Sequence record: OQ921725.1
Direction: 5' to 3' (one strand)
DNA length: 64,000 nucleotides
Both the position numbers and the translations under genes were made by a program. The notes below the pieces were generated by a model. It did not search any database. It had not been told where the DNA came from and was given only the letters and a program-made list of their open reading frames with translations. Numbering within the stretch: the first letter of the stretch is position 1; every line of letters starts with the position of its first letter. Positions 8,969 to 18,291 of the stretch are shown here, piece after piece.

Positions 8969-9361
8969 ATGAAGCAGATAGTCAACGGACTGGCGACACG
9001 CGGCGAAGACTCCTGGCTGACGAGCACGCAGGGGCTGCCTGACGGCAAGCAGGCCCTGTCCATGGGGAAGAACTGGAAGCAGGCCCAGGCTCTCCTCCAG
9101 CAGGCGGCCGAACTGGCACTGAAGGCTCCGCCCGGATCGGTGACGGTCGATCTCAGGCTGGAGGATCCGGAACTTCAGCAACTGGTCGACGAGGTGCACC
9201 GCACCCGGGGCCTTCTGCGGGACGCCAAGTTCCACTACGACGCCGCCCTGGGGGCTGCGGCACGCGGACTCACGAAACGGGCGACCGTCAGGGACGTGGC
9301 GGCAATGCTGGGCTGCTCACACCAGCACGTGGCGAAGCTGGCGCAGAAGACCTCGCCCTGA
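8969..9361 (+). CDS. HicB-like antitoxin domain with C-terminal HTH
   Basis: ATRGEDSWLTSTQGLP...ALSMGKNWKQAQALLQQA (partial RNase H-like HicB pattern); ATVRDVAAMLGCSHQHVAKL HTH. Confidence 0.6.
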   Translation: MKQIVNGLATRGEDSWLTSTQGLPDGKQALSMGKNWKQAQALLQQAAELALKAPPGSVTVDLRLEDPELQQLVDEVHRTRGLLRDAKFHYDAALGAAARGLTKRATVRDVAAMLGCSHQHVAKLAQKTSP

Positions 9362-9538
9362 CCCGGCGGCGCGGCAGGGGCTCGCCCGACTCCATCCGTC
9401 TCTTGAGGGCGAGCCCGAAGTTCTGCCACAGCTCCCAGCACTTGCAGAACTGGTTGTGGCCCTGACGGTAGTGCCGGGACTTCAGTCGCATCTGCTTGCG
9501 ATAGCGCTTGTTCATCGCGCCCCTCACGTCCTTCCTGG

Positions 9539-10120
9539 GTGGAGCTGTACCATCTTCTCGTGACGACCATCGGCGAAATCATCTATGACGAGCTGCCCGC
9601 TTTCATGGAGCGGACCGGCAAGAAAACTCTCCGAATCCTCGAAGTCGGCGTTCTGCGGAATCTGGACGACGACCACCTGAAGGGTGATGGTCATTCGACC
9701 CTCGCCTTCGCCCGCCTCCTGAAGGAACACCCGGGAAGCGCGTACGTCGGCATCGACCTGGAGCCGCACGAGGCACGGCGTGCCGTGGACTCGGAGGGCC
9801 TGGGCCACTTCTGCGACTTCTACGCCGGGGACTCCGTGGCCACCATGGAGGAGCTGAAGATCGACGGCGAGAAGTTCGACGTGATCTACCTCGACGCCGA
9901 CAACGACGGCGCGGCCACCATGCGGGAGTACCTGCTGGCGCTCGACCTCGTCACCAGTCCGGGCCTGATCATGGGTGACGACATGAACACCGACCACCGC
10001 GAGGTCCGCAAGGGCCGGGTGCTCATTCCCTACCTGCGCGAATCCGGCGCCGACTTCAAGCTGCGCAAGCGGCACACCCCGTGGGACACCCGCGACATTC
10101 TCGTCCAGGAGATCTCGTGA
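9539..10120 (+). CDS. Class I SAM-dependent methyltransferase (Methyltransf_24-like)
   Basis: ILEVGV, YVGIDL, GDSV, FDVIYLDAD, GLIMGDD. Confidence 0.8.
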   Translation: MELYHLLVTTIGEIIYDELPAFMERTGKKTLRILEVGVLRNLDDDHLKGDGHSTLAFARLLKEHPGSAYVGIDLEPHEARRAVDSEGLGHFCDFYAGDSVATMEELKIDGEKFDVIYLDADNDGAATMREYLLALDLVTSPGLIMGDDMNTDHREVRKGRVLIPYLRESGADFKLRKRHTPWDTRDILVQEIS

Positions 10121-10422
10121 GCAAGGACATCGCTTCCGTCGGCCGCGCCGTGCATTACACCTCGCTGGGGTCCGCACCGCAGGACGGCGTCCAGCAGTAC
10201 CTCTCGAAGTGCCGGGCGGCCACCATCACCGAGGTCGTCGATCTGGCGGCGGGCATCGTGCACCTCACGGTCATGAACCCGGAGGGCTTCCAGTTCGCGA
10301 AGGACGTCGTCTTCGACGTCGAGCGACTGGCTCTGAACGGGGAGGCGACCCCGGGCACCTGGCACTGGCCGGAAAAGCCGGTGGCCCCGCTCGTGAGCGG
10401 GGCCGGACCGAAGGAGCTGTGA
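10117..10422 (+). CDS. Conserved phage hypothetical protein
   Basis: GTGA coupling; SVGRAVHY...AATITEV...GTWHWPE. Confidence 0.6.
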   Translation: MSKDIASVGRAVHYTSLGSAPQDGVQQYLSKCRAATITEVVDLAAGIVHLTVMNPEGFQFAKDVVFDVERLALNGEATPGTWHWPEKPVAPLVSGAGPKEL

Positions 10423-10537
10423 TGTGGGCGATGACGCGCTGGCGGTGCATCTGCGGGCGGCACCATGCGCCCTGGTGGCGCACCGTCCAGGCGCCGTCGT
10501 GCACGGCCGTGAAGCCGTGGGTGAAGCGGCCGGAGAT

Positions 10538-10762
10538 TCAGAAGGCCACGTAGAGGATCCGGACCCCGTCACCGGTCCGCTCGAAGTCCAGCTCCACCCC
10601 GCAGGGCAGCTCGACCATGAGCACGTTCATCGACCGGTGGACGGCCGAGGCCGGAACCGAGTCGGCGAACATCACCGGGATCTCGGACTCGATCCGGCCA
10701 CGGATCGCAGGGTCAGAATCCTCCACAGCCTGCCAGGCAGGTGCCATCCAGGTGACCCGCAC
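10538..10762 (-). CDS. Small protein with weak RelE/ParE-like pattern
   Basis: MRVTWMAPAWQAVEDSDPAIRGRIESEI...VRILYVAF. Confidence 0.4.
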   Translation of the reverse strand: MRVTWMAPAWQAVEDSDPAIRGRIESEIPVMFADSVPASAVHRSMNVLMVELPCGVELDFERTGDGVRILYVAF

Positions 10763-10765
10763 GGG

Positions 10766-11230
10766 TCAGTTGTCGTAAGCGGAGGGCACGCCGACGAACT
10801 GCTGCCGGACCCAGCCCTGGTACAGGTTGCCCCAGCCGCCGTTGCCCTTGGTGATCTGCTTGACGTAGATGAGCTTGGTGCCGTCGGCGGTGGTGGTCTT
10901 CCGGTCGAGGTACTGGAAGGTGTCACCCTCACCCATGCCGGAACCGAGGTCGCGACCGTTCTGGTCACGGAAGATCAGGCCGCCCGTGCCGGGCGCCGGA
11001 GCGTTCGCGTAGCGCTCGCCGCCGGACTCCTTCTTGATCGTGACGTCCGGGCACGTGGTGACCTTGGCGCGCTCCTTCTTGCCGGTCTGCGGGTTGGTCA
11101 CCATCTCGTAGGTGACCTTGGCCTCGGCGCCAGGGCCGCAGGTGGAGTCGGCGGCGGCGGTGCCCGCGAAGGCGAGAGAGCCGGTCAGGGCGACAGCGGC
11201 GGCACCGGCCGCGATGGTCTTCTTGTTCAT
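10766..11230 (-). CDS. Secreted protein with C-terminal SH3b-like domain
   Basis: Signal peptide MNKKTIAAGAAAVALTGSLAFAGTAAA; C-terminal GWVRQQFV. Confidence 0.65.
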   Translation of the reverse strand: MNKKTIAAGAAAVALTGSLAFAGTAAADSTCGPGAEAKVTYEMVTNPQTGKKERAKVTTCPDVTIKKESGGERYANAPAPGTGGLIFRDQNGRDLGSGMGEGDTFQYLDRKTTTADGTKLIYVKQITKGNGGWGNLYQGWVRQQFVGVPSAYDN

Positions 11231-11322
11231 GCTCTCGGGGTTCCTCTCCGAAGTGGGGGCTTGCTGTATCCATCAGACCACATGACCTAGGCCAAATTCA
11301 AGTTCCACGAAAGCGAGAAGTC

Positions 11323-11514
11323 ATGGATATCGCCCCGGTCGGCACGATCACGATTCCCCGAACCTGCGGAGACGTACCCTGCGGGCAGTGTGAGCCCTGT
11401 CGCAGGAGGGCGATGCTGAACATGGCATCGTACGCACTGCGGTCGGAAACAGAAGAAGGCGGCCCGAAGGCCGCCCTCTCTGAACTTCTCGAAGCTCTCG
11501 GACTGCGTGGCTAG
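11323..11514 (+). CDS. Small Cys-rich hypothetical protein
   Basis: CGDVPCGQCEPC. Confidence 0.4.
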   Translation: MDIAPVGTITIPRTCGDVPCGQCEPCRRRAMLNMASYALRSETEEGGPKAALSELLEALGLRG

Positions 11515-11882
11515 CAGCGCGTTCCTTCCTCGGAGAGGGACCGGTTCAGGATCTCCTCGACCTCCAGGCGATCCAGATCACTGAACGCCGGGGCCCGGAG
11601 GATGACCTTCTCGCACCCCTCACGGCTGGTCCATCCCGTGCGCATGAGGGCAGCGAGACCCGTCAGGGCCTCGGCGATGTCGGTGGCAGTGGACTCCTTG
11701 CGGCGCAGCACGCCCATCACCCGGCGCGCGTACGCCTGGGCGTGGCCGTGACGGACCGATCCGCGCGGGCAGACGTCATGCGTGACGGTCCAGCCGGATG
11801 CGTGCGACCCCTGGACGTTGCCCTCTCCGGCTGGCACCCGTCCCTGGCAGACGCCACATGGTTTCGGGTACATATTCCTCAT
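11511..11882 (-). CDS. Hypothetical protein with N-terminal CxxC...HxxC
   Basis: PKPCGVCQGRV...VTHDVCP. Confidence 0.55.
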   Translation of the reverse strand: MRNMYPKPCGVCQGRVPAGEGNVQGSHASGWTVTHDVCPRGSVRHGHAQAYARRVMGVLRRKESTATDIAEALTGLAALMRTGWTSREGCEKVILRAPAFSDLDRLEVEEILNRSLSEEGTRC

Positions 11883-11951
11883 GTTTTTGAGGATGACACA
11901 CCGTGCCGCAAAAGGAAAGTCCGATTGGGGGCGGGAAGTTCAGGGAACTCG

Positions 11952-12152
11952 CTACTCTTCGCGCACTCGCGCTTCCACGGCTGCGGCGGCCAAGTTCCAT
12001 GCCTGCTTCAGCCGTTCGTTCTGCTCTTCCCAAGTGGGCATCTTGGTGCCCGAGAACGTGGTCCAGCCGACGCTCTCTCCGTACGCCTCGTATGCCACAC
12101 GTCCCAGTTCAGCAGCCACCCTTGCCTCCTCATGAGGAAGGGACCCGGCCAA
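11952..12152 (-). CDS. Small hypothetical protein
   Basis: LGRVAYEAY...MPTWEEQ...AWNLAA. Confidence 0.55.
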   Translation of the reverse strand: MAGSLPHEEARVAAELGRVAYEAYGESVGWTTFSGTKMPTWEEQNERLKQAWNLAAAAVEARVREE

Positions 12153-12165
12153 TCGGCCGGGTCCC
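12140..12165. terminator. Perfect 11-bp hairpin
   Basis: GGGACCCGGCC-AATC-GGCCGGGTCCC. Confidence 0.55.
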
Positions 12166-12251
12166 CGTGAGTCTCAGCCCCAGGAAGTGGAGTCCGCGCT
12201 GCCCAGTGCTGCGCGGGTGGGGCATCACAAGGTTACCGAAAATGTTCCCCG

Positions 12252-14660
12252 GTGAGGAATGCTGTACGCGTCGCAGCAGAAAGGAACGGCATGTCCTCAC
12301 ACGAAGAGCGGATCGCCGCCGAGGCGGAGGCATACTTCCGCAATCAGGCGCGACAGGCCGGATGGGTCAACGATCCCGTGGGGTGGGCCAGGGATGTTCT
12401 CGGCGTCCATCTGTGGAGCAAGCAGCAGGAAATCTGCTCCTCCCTCATCCGGAACAAGCGCACGGTAGTCGCCTCCTGTCACGGCACCGGCAAGGCGCTC
12501 GGGCTGGACGAGCTGGTCCACACCCCGTCGGGCCCCGTGAGGATGGGGGAGATAACCGAGGGCATGAAGGTGCTGGGCTCCGACGGCTCGCCGGTCGAAG
12601 TGGTCGCTGTCACGGGCGAACACAAGGCCGAGAGTTACGTCGTCCGTCTGGAAAGGGGTGGCGCCCACGAGGAGATCGTCGCCTCGGCCGATCACGCCTG
12701 GCCGGTGCTCGACCTTCAGGGCCTCGCCGACATCCAGCTCAAGTCCGACCGGGCGGGCGTACCGGTGGAGACCGGTTTGTGGATGCACAAGGCGAAGACC
12801 ATGACCACCAAGCAGATCGCCAAGCTGCGGCCCGGCACGGTCGTTGTTCCCGGCCGGTCTCCGGAGATCCTTCCCCGGGGTCTGACGTGGTCGGCAGATG
12901 AGGCGATGCAAGCCCTGCTCGCCGAACGCGGCGGACTTGACCCTCACGGACGTACCGCGCTGCTCTGGAAGACGCGCCAGGGCGAGCCGGAGGAGATCTC
13001 CTCGGTGCGGGCCAGGATGCGCGAGGCGGGCGTCCAGACGATCTACCGGCGCGAGCGGCAGTACGGCATCACCATGCGGCACCTGGCGCTGATGGGATCT
13101 CACGCCCCAACCCTTCTGCCGGATGCCAATCAGCGGGCTATCGCCCTGTCGCACCTCCTGCTGACCCAGGGCTCCTGGGGTGACGACGGCTGGCGGATCA
13201 CGTCCGTGAAGCCGGTCGGCGAGCGGGACGTGCAGTGCATCCAGGTGGACTCGCCCGACCACCTCTACCTCTGCGGCGAGCGCGGAATCCCCACCCACAA
13301 CTCGATGATCGCTTCGGTGCTCGCGTGCTGGTGGGTGTCGACGAAGCCACCGGGCCAGGCGATCGTCGTCTCAACGGCGCCGACCTACGCCCAGGTCAAC
13401 AAGATCCTCTGGGAGGAGATCCGCAAGCACCACTCGAACGCCTCGCGCGGCGAATACCCGATGCCGGGCCGCGTGACCCAGGCCGATGAGTGGAAGCTGG
13501 GCGACGGGCAGATCGTCGGCTTCGGCCGGAAGCCCGCCAAGGGCGACCGCCACTCCTTCCACGGTATCCACCGCCGGTACGTGCTGGCCCTGCTCGACGA
13601 GGCGTGCGGTATCCCCGAGGAGATCTGGACCGGTGTCGAGGCCATCACCACGAACATCGGCTGCCGGATCCTGGCCATCGGAAACCCCGACGACCGGAAC
13701 ACGGACTTCGGCAAGAACTTCATGGAGCAGAAGACCGCGCACCTGTGGAACCGGATCTCGATCCCGGCGTCGAGCACGCCGAACTTCACGGGCGAGCCGG
13801 TGCCGAAGCTGCTGAACGAAGTCCTCGTCTCGCGCGACTGGGTGCAGGAGCGTCTGGACGACTGGGGCGAGAAGGACCCGCGCTACATCGCGAAGGTGCT
13901 GGCCAAGTTCCCCGAGCAGAGCATGTCGTCGCTGTTCGCCCCCTCCCTGGTGGCCGACGCGGTCGACGAGTCCCCGACCCCGTCGCTGTACTCGGTGCTG
14001 CGCCTGGGTGTCGACGTCGCGCGTTTCGGCTCCGACAAGACGGTGGTCGCCTCGTACTCCGGCGTGACCGCGCAGATCGAGGAGTCCTGGTCCGGGACTG
14101 ACACGGTGTCCTCGGCCCACAAGGTTCTCCAGATCGCCGAGCGCCTGAAGGAAGAGCGCAAGGCGCCCTGGGTGGAGATCCGGGTGGACGCCGTCGGCCT
14201 GGGTGCCGGTGTCGTCGACACCCTGAACGCCCGAGCGATGCTTCTGCCGGACCCCTGGTTCACGGTCTACGAGATGCACGGATCGGCCGCGCCCCCGGTG
14301 AACGTCGGTGGCTCGGTCTACGGCTTCTACAACGCGAGGGCGTACTGGTTCGAGCAGGTCCGGCAGAAGATGCGCAACGGCTCGGTGAAGTTCATCGACC
14401 CTGACGAGCTGATCACCGACGACCTGAAGATGGTCTTCTACTCGATCAAGAACGGGCGCCTGCTCATCGCCTCCAAGGAGGACATGCGCAAGGAGTACGG
14501 CAAGTCCCCCGACTACGCCGACGCCATCGCCTACGCGGTCGCCCCGGTGGCCGAGGGTCTTCAGCAGGGAGACGTGCTGACCGAGACGGCTGAGAACATG
14601 GCCGGTTCGCTGGTCGAGGAGAACGAGTACTTCGCCGAGGAGATGATCTCGCCCTACTGA
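12252..14660 (+). CDS. terL: Terminase large subunit containing an intein
   Basis: Walker A SCHGTGK|S split by the intein; Walker B ALLDEACG; IGNP; nuclease motif LGVDVARFGSD; SPDYADA. Probable start is the ATG at 12291. Confidence 0.95.
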   Translation: MRNAVRVAAERNGMSSHEERIAAEAEAYFRNQARQAGWVNDPVGWARDVLGVHLWSKQQEICSSLIRNKRTVVASCHGTGKALGLDELVHTPSGPVRMGEITEGMKVLGSDGSPVEVVAVTGEHKAESYVVRLERGGAHEEIVASADHAWPVLDLQGLADIQLKSDRAGVPVETGLWMHKAKTMTTKQIAKLRPGTVVVPGRSPEILPRGLTWSADEAMQALLAERGGLDPHGRTALLWKTRQGEPEEISSVRARMREAGVQTIYRRERQYGITMRHLALMGSHAPTLLPDANQRAIALSHLLLTQGSWGDDGWRITSVKPVGERDVQCIQVDSPDHLYLCGERGIPTHNSMIASVLACWWVSTKPPGQAIVVSTAPTYAQVNKILWEEIRKHHSNASRGEYPMPGRVTQADEWKLGDGQIVGFGRKPAKGDRHSFHGIHRRYVLALLDEACGIPEEIWTGVEAITTNIGCRILAIGNPDDRNTDFGKNFMEQKTAHLWNRISIPASSTPNFTGEPVPKLLNEVLVSRDWVQERLDDWGEKDPRYIAKVLAKFPEQSMSSLFAPSLVADAVDESPTPSLYSVLRLGVDVARFGSDKTVVASYSGVTAQIEESWSGTDTVSSAHKVLQIAERLKEERKAPWVEIRVDAVGLGAGVVDTLNARAMLLPDPWFTVYEMHGSAAPPVNVGGSVYGFYNARAYWFEQVRQKMRNGSVKFIDPDELITDDLKMVFYSIKNGRLLIASKEDMRKEYGKSPDYADAIAYAVAPVAEGLQQGDVLTETAENMAGSLVEENEYFAEEMISPY
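12495..13301 (+). mobile_element. Class 3 intein (269 aa) with degenerate endonuclease region
   Basis: Starts ALGLDELVHTPSG; block B SADHAW; block F VQCIQVD; ends IPTHN followed by S. Confidence 0.9.
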
Positions 14661-14723
14661 CGGAATCCTCAAAGTGAGCTGTAGTTCCAGGAGCACCATG
14701 TGCACGGAACTCAAGGAGGACGA

Positions 14724-15146
14724 GTGGACATCCAGACCTGCCCGCGCCGGATGCGGGAGATGGGCCCCTGGGAGAGGTCGAGCGGCCAGGACGAGTGGCG
14801 CGACGAGCCCCGCCGGGGCGGCGAGGCGGTGCCGTACTGCTCATTCTGCGGATCTCTGCACCCGGGCAAGTTCCTGGAACTGATCGCCGAGGGGTGGGAG
14901 GTGGGGCCGACCGACAAGAACTACAAGGCGTACCTGCATCCGCCGCGCGGCAAGGACGGCGAGCAGTCCCATGAGGTCCGGGCGAAGTTCTATTACCAGC
15001 ACCTGTCGGGCGCCCAGCAGCAGCAGTTCATCGACCTCTACAACCGCCAGGTCATGCAGATCTCCTACCCGGGGCACTTCTACGTGCTGCCGTTCTTCAT
15101 GCGGATCGCACCGGAGGATCCGGTACCCGGCAACGGATCGGTGTGA
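14724..15146 (+). CDS. Conserved phage hypothetical protein
   Basis: GGAGG RBS and GTG start; CSFCGSLHP. Confidence 0.6.
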   Translation: MDIQTCPRRMREMGPWERSSGQDEWRDEPRRGGEAVPYCSFCGSLHPGKFLELIAEGWEVGPTDKNYKAYLHPPRGKDGEQSHEVRAKFYYQHLSGAQQQQFIDLYNRQVMQISYPGHFYVLPFFMRIAPEDPVPGNGSV

Positions 15147-15394
15147 TGTACGACCACGCCGAAGCGGCCCGCCGCAGGATCATCGCCAGGTCTCGGGATG
15201 CCGGACCGGTCGGCAGGAAGTACGTGGAACTCGCGAACCTCCTTATGACCGGCCCGGATTCGCCACTCAGGACCAGCGCCCTGAAGAAGCTGGCCGACTC
15301 CTGCGACAATGCAATCGCTCTGGTGGAAAAGGTCCGCCAATCCCCGGGAAACCCCTCCGTCAGACGCAGGTCGCCAGGTCAATCGAGCAGTTAA
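15143..15394 (+). CDS. Hypothetical protein
   Basis: GTGA coupling to the upstream gene. Confidence 0.45.
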   Translation: MMYDHAEAARRRIIARSRDAGPVGRKYVELANLLMTGPDSPLRTSALKKLADSCDNAIALVEKVRQSPGNPSVRRRSPGQSSS

Positions 15395-15403
15395 GGTGAT
15401 CGC

Positions 15404-17143
15404 ATGCAGATGCCGAAGCCCCTCGAAGAGATGTCTCACACGGAAATCACGACCTTCGTGAGCAACCTCGAAGCGCGCAACGAGGAGCTGATGGGTCTCG
15501 TCTCCGACGAGATGCGGGAGGCCGGTGAATTCGGCCGTGCCCAGCTCGCCCTCGAAGACATCGGATGGCGCCCGCTGATGGGACTCTCCGACAGCGCGAA
15601 CTCCTTCACACTCGACTCCCTTCATCACGCGAGCGAGCTGTGCCGGGCCGTGGCCACCGTGAATCCGCTCGTCGGCCGTGGCCTGCGCGTGCGCACCGGG
15701 TATGTCTGGGGGTCCGGCGTCTCCGTCGTGCCGAAGGAGTTCATCCAGGGACCGGGACGGCCCAGGACGGTGAACCTGGAGCCCGAACTTCCCGAAGGGA
15801 TCAACGAGGTGCTGACCGGCACACTCGCCCAGCTCGAACTGGAGCGGACCTCGGGTACCGACGGCAACCTCTTCTTCCTCGTGGACCGCCGGACCAAGGA
15901 AGTCCTGCGTGTGCCGTTCGAGGAGATCACGGAAGGCGTCAGCCAGCGGGGCAACCGGGAACGCCTGTTGTACATCCGGCGCACCTGGAACGACTGGGAT
16001 CTGGAGCTGGACTTCGAGGCCAACATCGAGCTGAACCCGATCACCGCCCCGAAGGCGGCAGCACGCGGGCGCACCTGGATGAAGGCTGACCGGGACAGTC
16101 CGTCAGGGGGATCCACCCGGGCCGGGTTCTCCTTCCGCGACGTCTGGTACCCGACGCCCGCTGGCATCCGGGCGCTCGGCCGCAACCGGGGCGCCGCGCA
16201 GATCGCGGGCGACAAGGTGGACCACACGAAGGTTCTCGTCCACGTTCCCTTCAACCGGCTCACCGGATGGCGATGGGGGATCCCCGACGTGCTGCCTGCC
16301 GTCTGGTGGACGAAGGCATACAAGGAATACCTGGAGAACTGCGCCACGCTCACCAAGGCGTACGCCAGGTTCGCCTGGAAGGTGACATCGGACCGGTCGC
16401 GATCCGTACGCCGCACCGCCGCCGCGATGGCCCAGGCTCCGCGAACCGACCCCTCCACCGGTCAGCCGCTGAACGTCGGCGCCTCGGCCGTACTGGGGGC
16501 GGGTCAGGATCTGTCGGCCGTCGGCGGCAACACGAAGGTGGACTTCGACGCCGGTCGCCCGCTGGCCGCGATGATCGCAGCCGCCCTCGACGTCCCCCTT
16601 CCGGCCCTGCTGGAGGATCCCTCGATCGCGAACAACGCGGCGGCCACCTCTCTGGACACCTCCACGATTCTCGTGATGCAGGCCCGGCAGAAGGTCATGG
16701 ACGACATGTTCCGCGAGATCTTCAAGACGCTGGGCCTGAGGGTCCGCCTCCGGTGGCCCGAGATCTCCGAAGAGCCGGTTCACCGTCGGCTCCAGGCGCT
16801 CGACATGGCGATCCGCCTCGGCCTCTTCTCGGCCGACGAGGCGCGGGCCATGGTTGTCGATGCGTGGGGCGACAAGTGGGAGGACTTCGGCCGCGAGGCG
16901 CCCGATGTTGAGGAACTTCCCTACGTCGCTGGCGGAGGCGGCCAGGGTGAACCTCCGAAGACGGAGGACTCTAATTCCTCGGAAACCCCCGGTAATTCCG
17001 AAGAAACTGGAACCTCCGGTACGGGCGGCCCCGGTGCTCCAGCACCCCTGAAGGCAGGAAATTCCCGTTCAACCGACGCCCCGAAGCAGCCTGAACCGAT
17101 GTCCTACGCGGACCACGAACTGCGAGACGAATCAACTTCATAG
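15404..17143 (+). CDS. Portal protein
   Basis: 579 aa directly after TerL; NPLVGRGL, DGNLFF, RWGIPDVLPA; low-complexity S/T/G/P C-terminus. Confidence 0.85.
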   Translation: MQMPKPLEEMSHTEITTFVSNLEARNEELMGLVSDEMREAGEFGRAQLALEDIGWRPLMGLSDSANSFTLDSLHHASELCRAVATVNPLVGRGLRVRTGYVWGSGVSVVPKEFIQGPGRPRTVNLEPELPEGINEVLTGTLAQLELERTSGTDGNLFFLVDRRTKEVLRVPFEEITEGVSQRGNRERLLYIRRTWNDWDLELDFEANIELNPITAPKAAARGRTWMKADRDSPSGGSTRAGFSFRDVWYPTPAGIRALGRNRGAAQIAGDKVDHTKVLVHVPFNRLTGWRWGIPDVLPAVWWTKAYKEYLENCATLTKAYARFAWKVTSDRSRSVRRTAAAMAQAPRTDPSTGQPLNVGASAVLGAGQDLSAVGGNTKVDFDAGRPLAAMIAAALDVPLPALLEDPSIANNAAATSLDTSTILVMQARQKVMDDMFREIFKTLGLRVRLRWPEISEEPVHRRLQALDMAIRLGLFSADEARAMVVDAWGDKWEDFGREAPDVEELPYVAGGGGQGEPPKTEDSNSSETPGNSEETGTSGTGGPGAPAPLKAGNSRSTDAPKQPEPMSYADHELRDESTS

Positions 17144-17176
17144 CATCCTGCCGAGACTTTTGGCCTCGGATGCTAT
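17140..17176. terminator. Imperfect hairpin between portal and protease genes
   Basis: ATAGCAT/ATGCTAT and CCGAG/CTCGG arms. Confidence 0.35.
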
Positions 17177-17211
17177 TACGCTGTGCTCGTCGATGATCAG
17201 TGAGGGGGCTC

Positions 17212-18291
17212 ATGTCCACGGAAACCCTGCGGGAAACCGCGATCCTCTCCGAGGACGCCCAGTCGCCGGAGAAGGGCATCTGGCGTGCACTCCTCATCGC
17301 TGCCGACGTGCAGGGCTCCAGTGGGTACTACCCCGCCGAAGTGCTGAAGCGGGATGGCGCTCGCGCCTTTCCCGCCGGGACTCACATCTACTTCGACCAC
17401 CCTTCCGAGTCGGAAGAGATGGACCTCCCCGAACGCAGCGTCCTGAAAATCGCCGGGTACCTTCTCGACGACGCGACCTTCGAAGAGACACCAGAAGGAC
17501 GCGGGCTCTTCTCCCGAATCCAGTTCACGGAGAAGGCCAAGCCGATCGCCAAGGAGCTGCACAGCGTGATCGGTCTCTCGATCCGTGCAGCAGGCCAGAT
17601 CGAGGAGACCGCTGGGCAGCGTATTGTGCGCAGCATTCAGCAAGGTCTCTCTGTTGACCTCGTCACCCGCGCTGGAGCGGGAGGAAGGCTCGTCACCATG
17701 ACCGAGTCGGCCACGCCGGAGTCCCCTCCGGCCGAGCAGACCGCGAGCACCGCCGCCCCGGCCGCGAGTGCAGCGATTCCGTCCACCATCGGCACCGGCA
17801 CCCTCCTCAGCGAGGTCGCCGCCCTCAAGGACACCCTCTCCGACCGCGTCGAGCAGCTTTCGGTCGACGTCGCGCGCATGTCTTCGCAGCTTCAGGAGTC
17901 GCGCCGCGAGGCCGAGAAGCAGATGCGGGAGAGCGTCAAGCTCCAGGAGACGATCACGTACCTGCGTGACCGCGCCGAGACCGCCGACAAGGCGCTCAAG
18001 GAGAGCAAGACGACCGGTGACGTCCTCACCGAACTCCTGGAGGCGAAGCTGCCGCTTCCCTCCATGATCCGCATCGCGCAGTCCTACCGTCCGGACCAGG
18101 ACCTGCACGAGTCGATCACCCACGAGCGCGAGTACCTGAAGCAGCTCCGACGGGAGACCGAGCGCGGCGCGCTCAACGAGGGCCGCGAGCCGTCGGGCCT
18201 CGGCCTGACCGAGTCCTCGACGTCCTTCTCCTCCACGGGCGACAGCGATCTCGCCGAGATCCGAAGCCTGCTGGGCGGAGGTGCCTACTGA
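17212..18291 (+). CDS. Capsid maturation protease fused to scaffolding domain
   Basis: YYPAEVLKRD...YFDHP...IGLSIRA...SVDLVTRAGAGG, then a coiled coil; lies between portal and capsid genes. Confidence 0.85.
   Translation: MSTETLRETAILSEDAQSPEKGIWRALLIAADVQGSSGYYPAEVLKRDGARAFPAGTHIYFDHPSESEEMDLPERSVLKIAGYLLDDATFEETPEGRGLFSRIQFTEKAKPIAKELHSVIGLSIRAAGQIEETAGQRIVRSIQQGLSVDLVTRAGAGGRLVTMTESATPESPPAEQTASTAAPAASAAIPSTIGTGTLLSEVAALKDTLSDRVEQLSVDVARMSSQLQESRREAEKQMRESVKLQETITYLRDRAETADKALKESKTTGDVLTELLEAKLPLPSMIRIAQSYRPDQDLHESITHEREYLKQLRRETERGALNEGREPSGLGLTESSTSFSSTGDSDLAEIRSLLGGGAY

Noticed and set aside
3541-10120. ThyX, methyltransferases and GTs as a DNA hypermodification cluster
   Set aside because: The genes are dispersed, and no base hydroxymethylase, kinase, 7-deazaguanine or PurZ genes were recognised; kept only as an alternative role for the third GT
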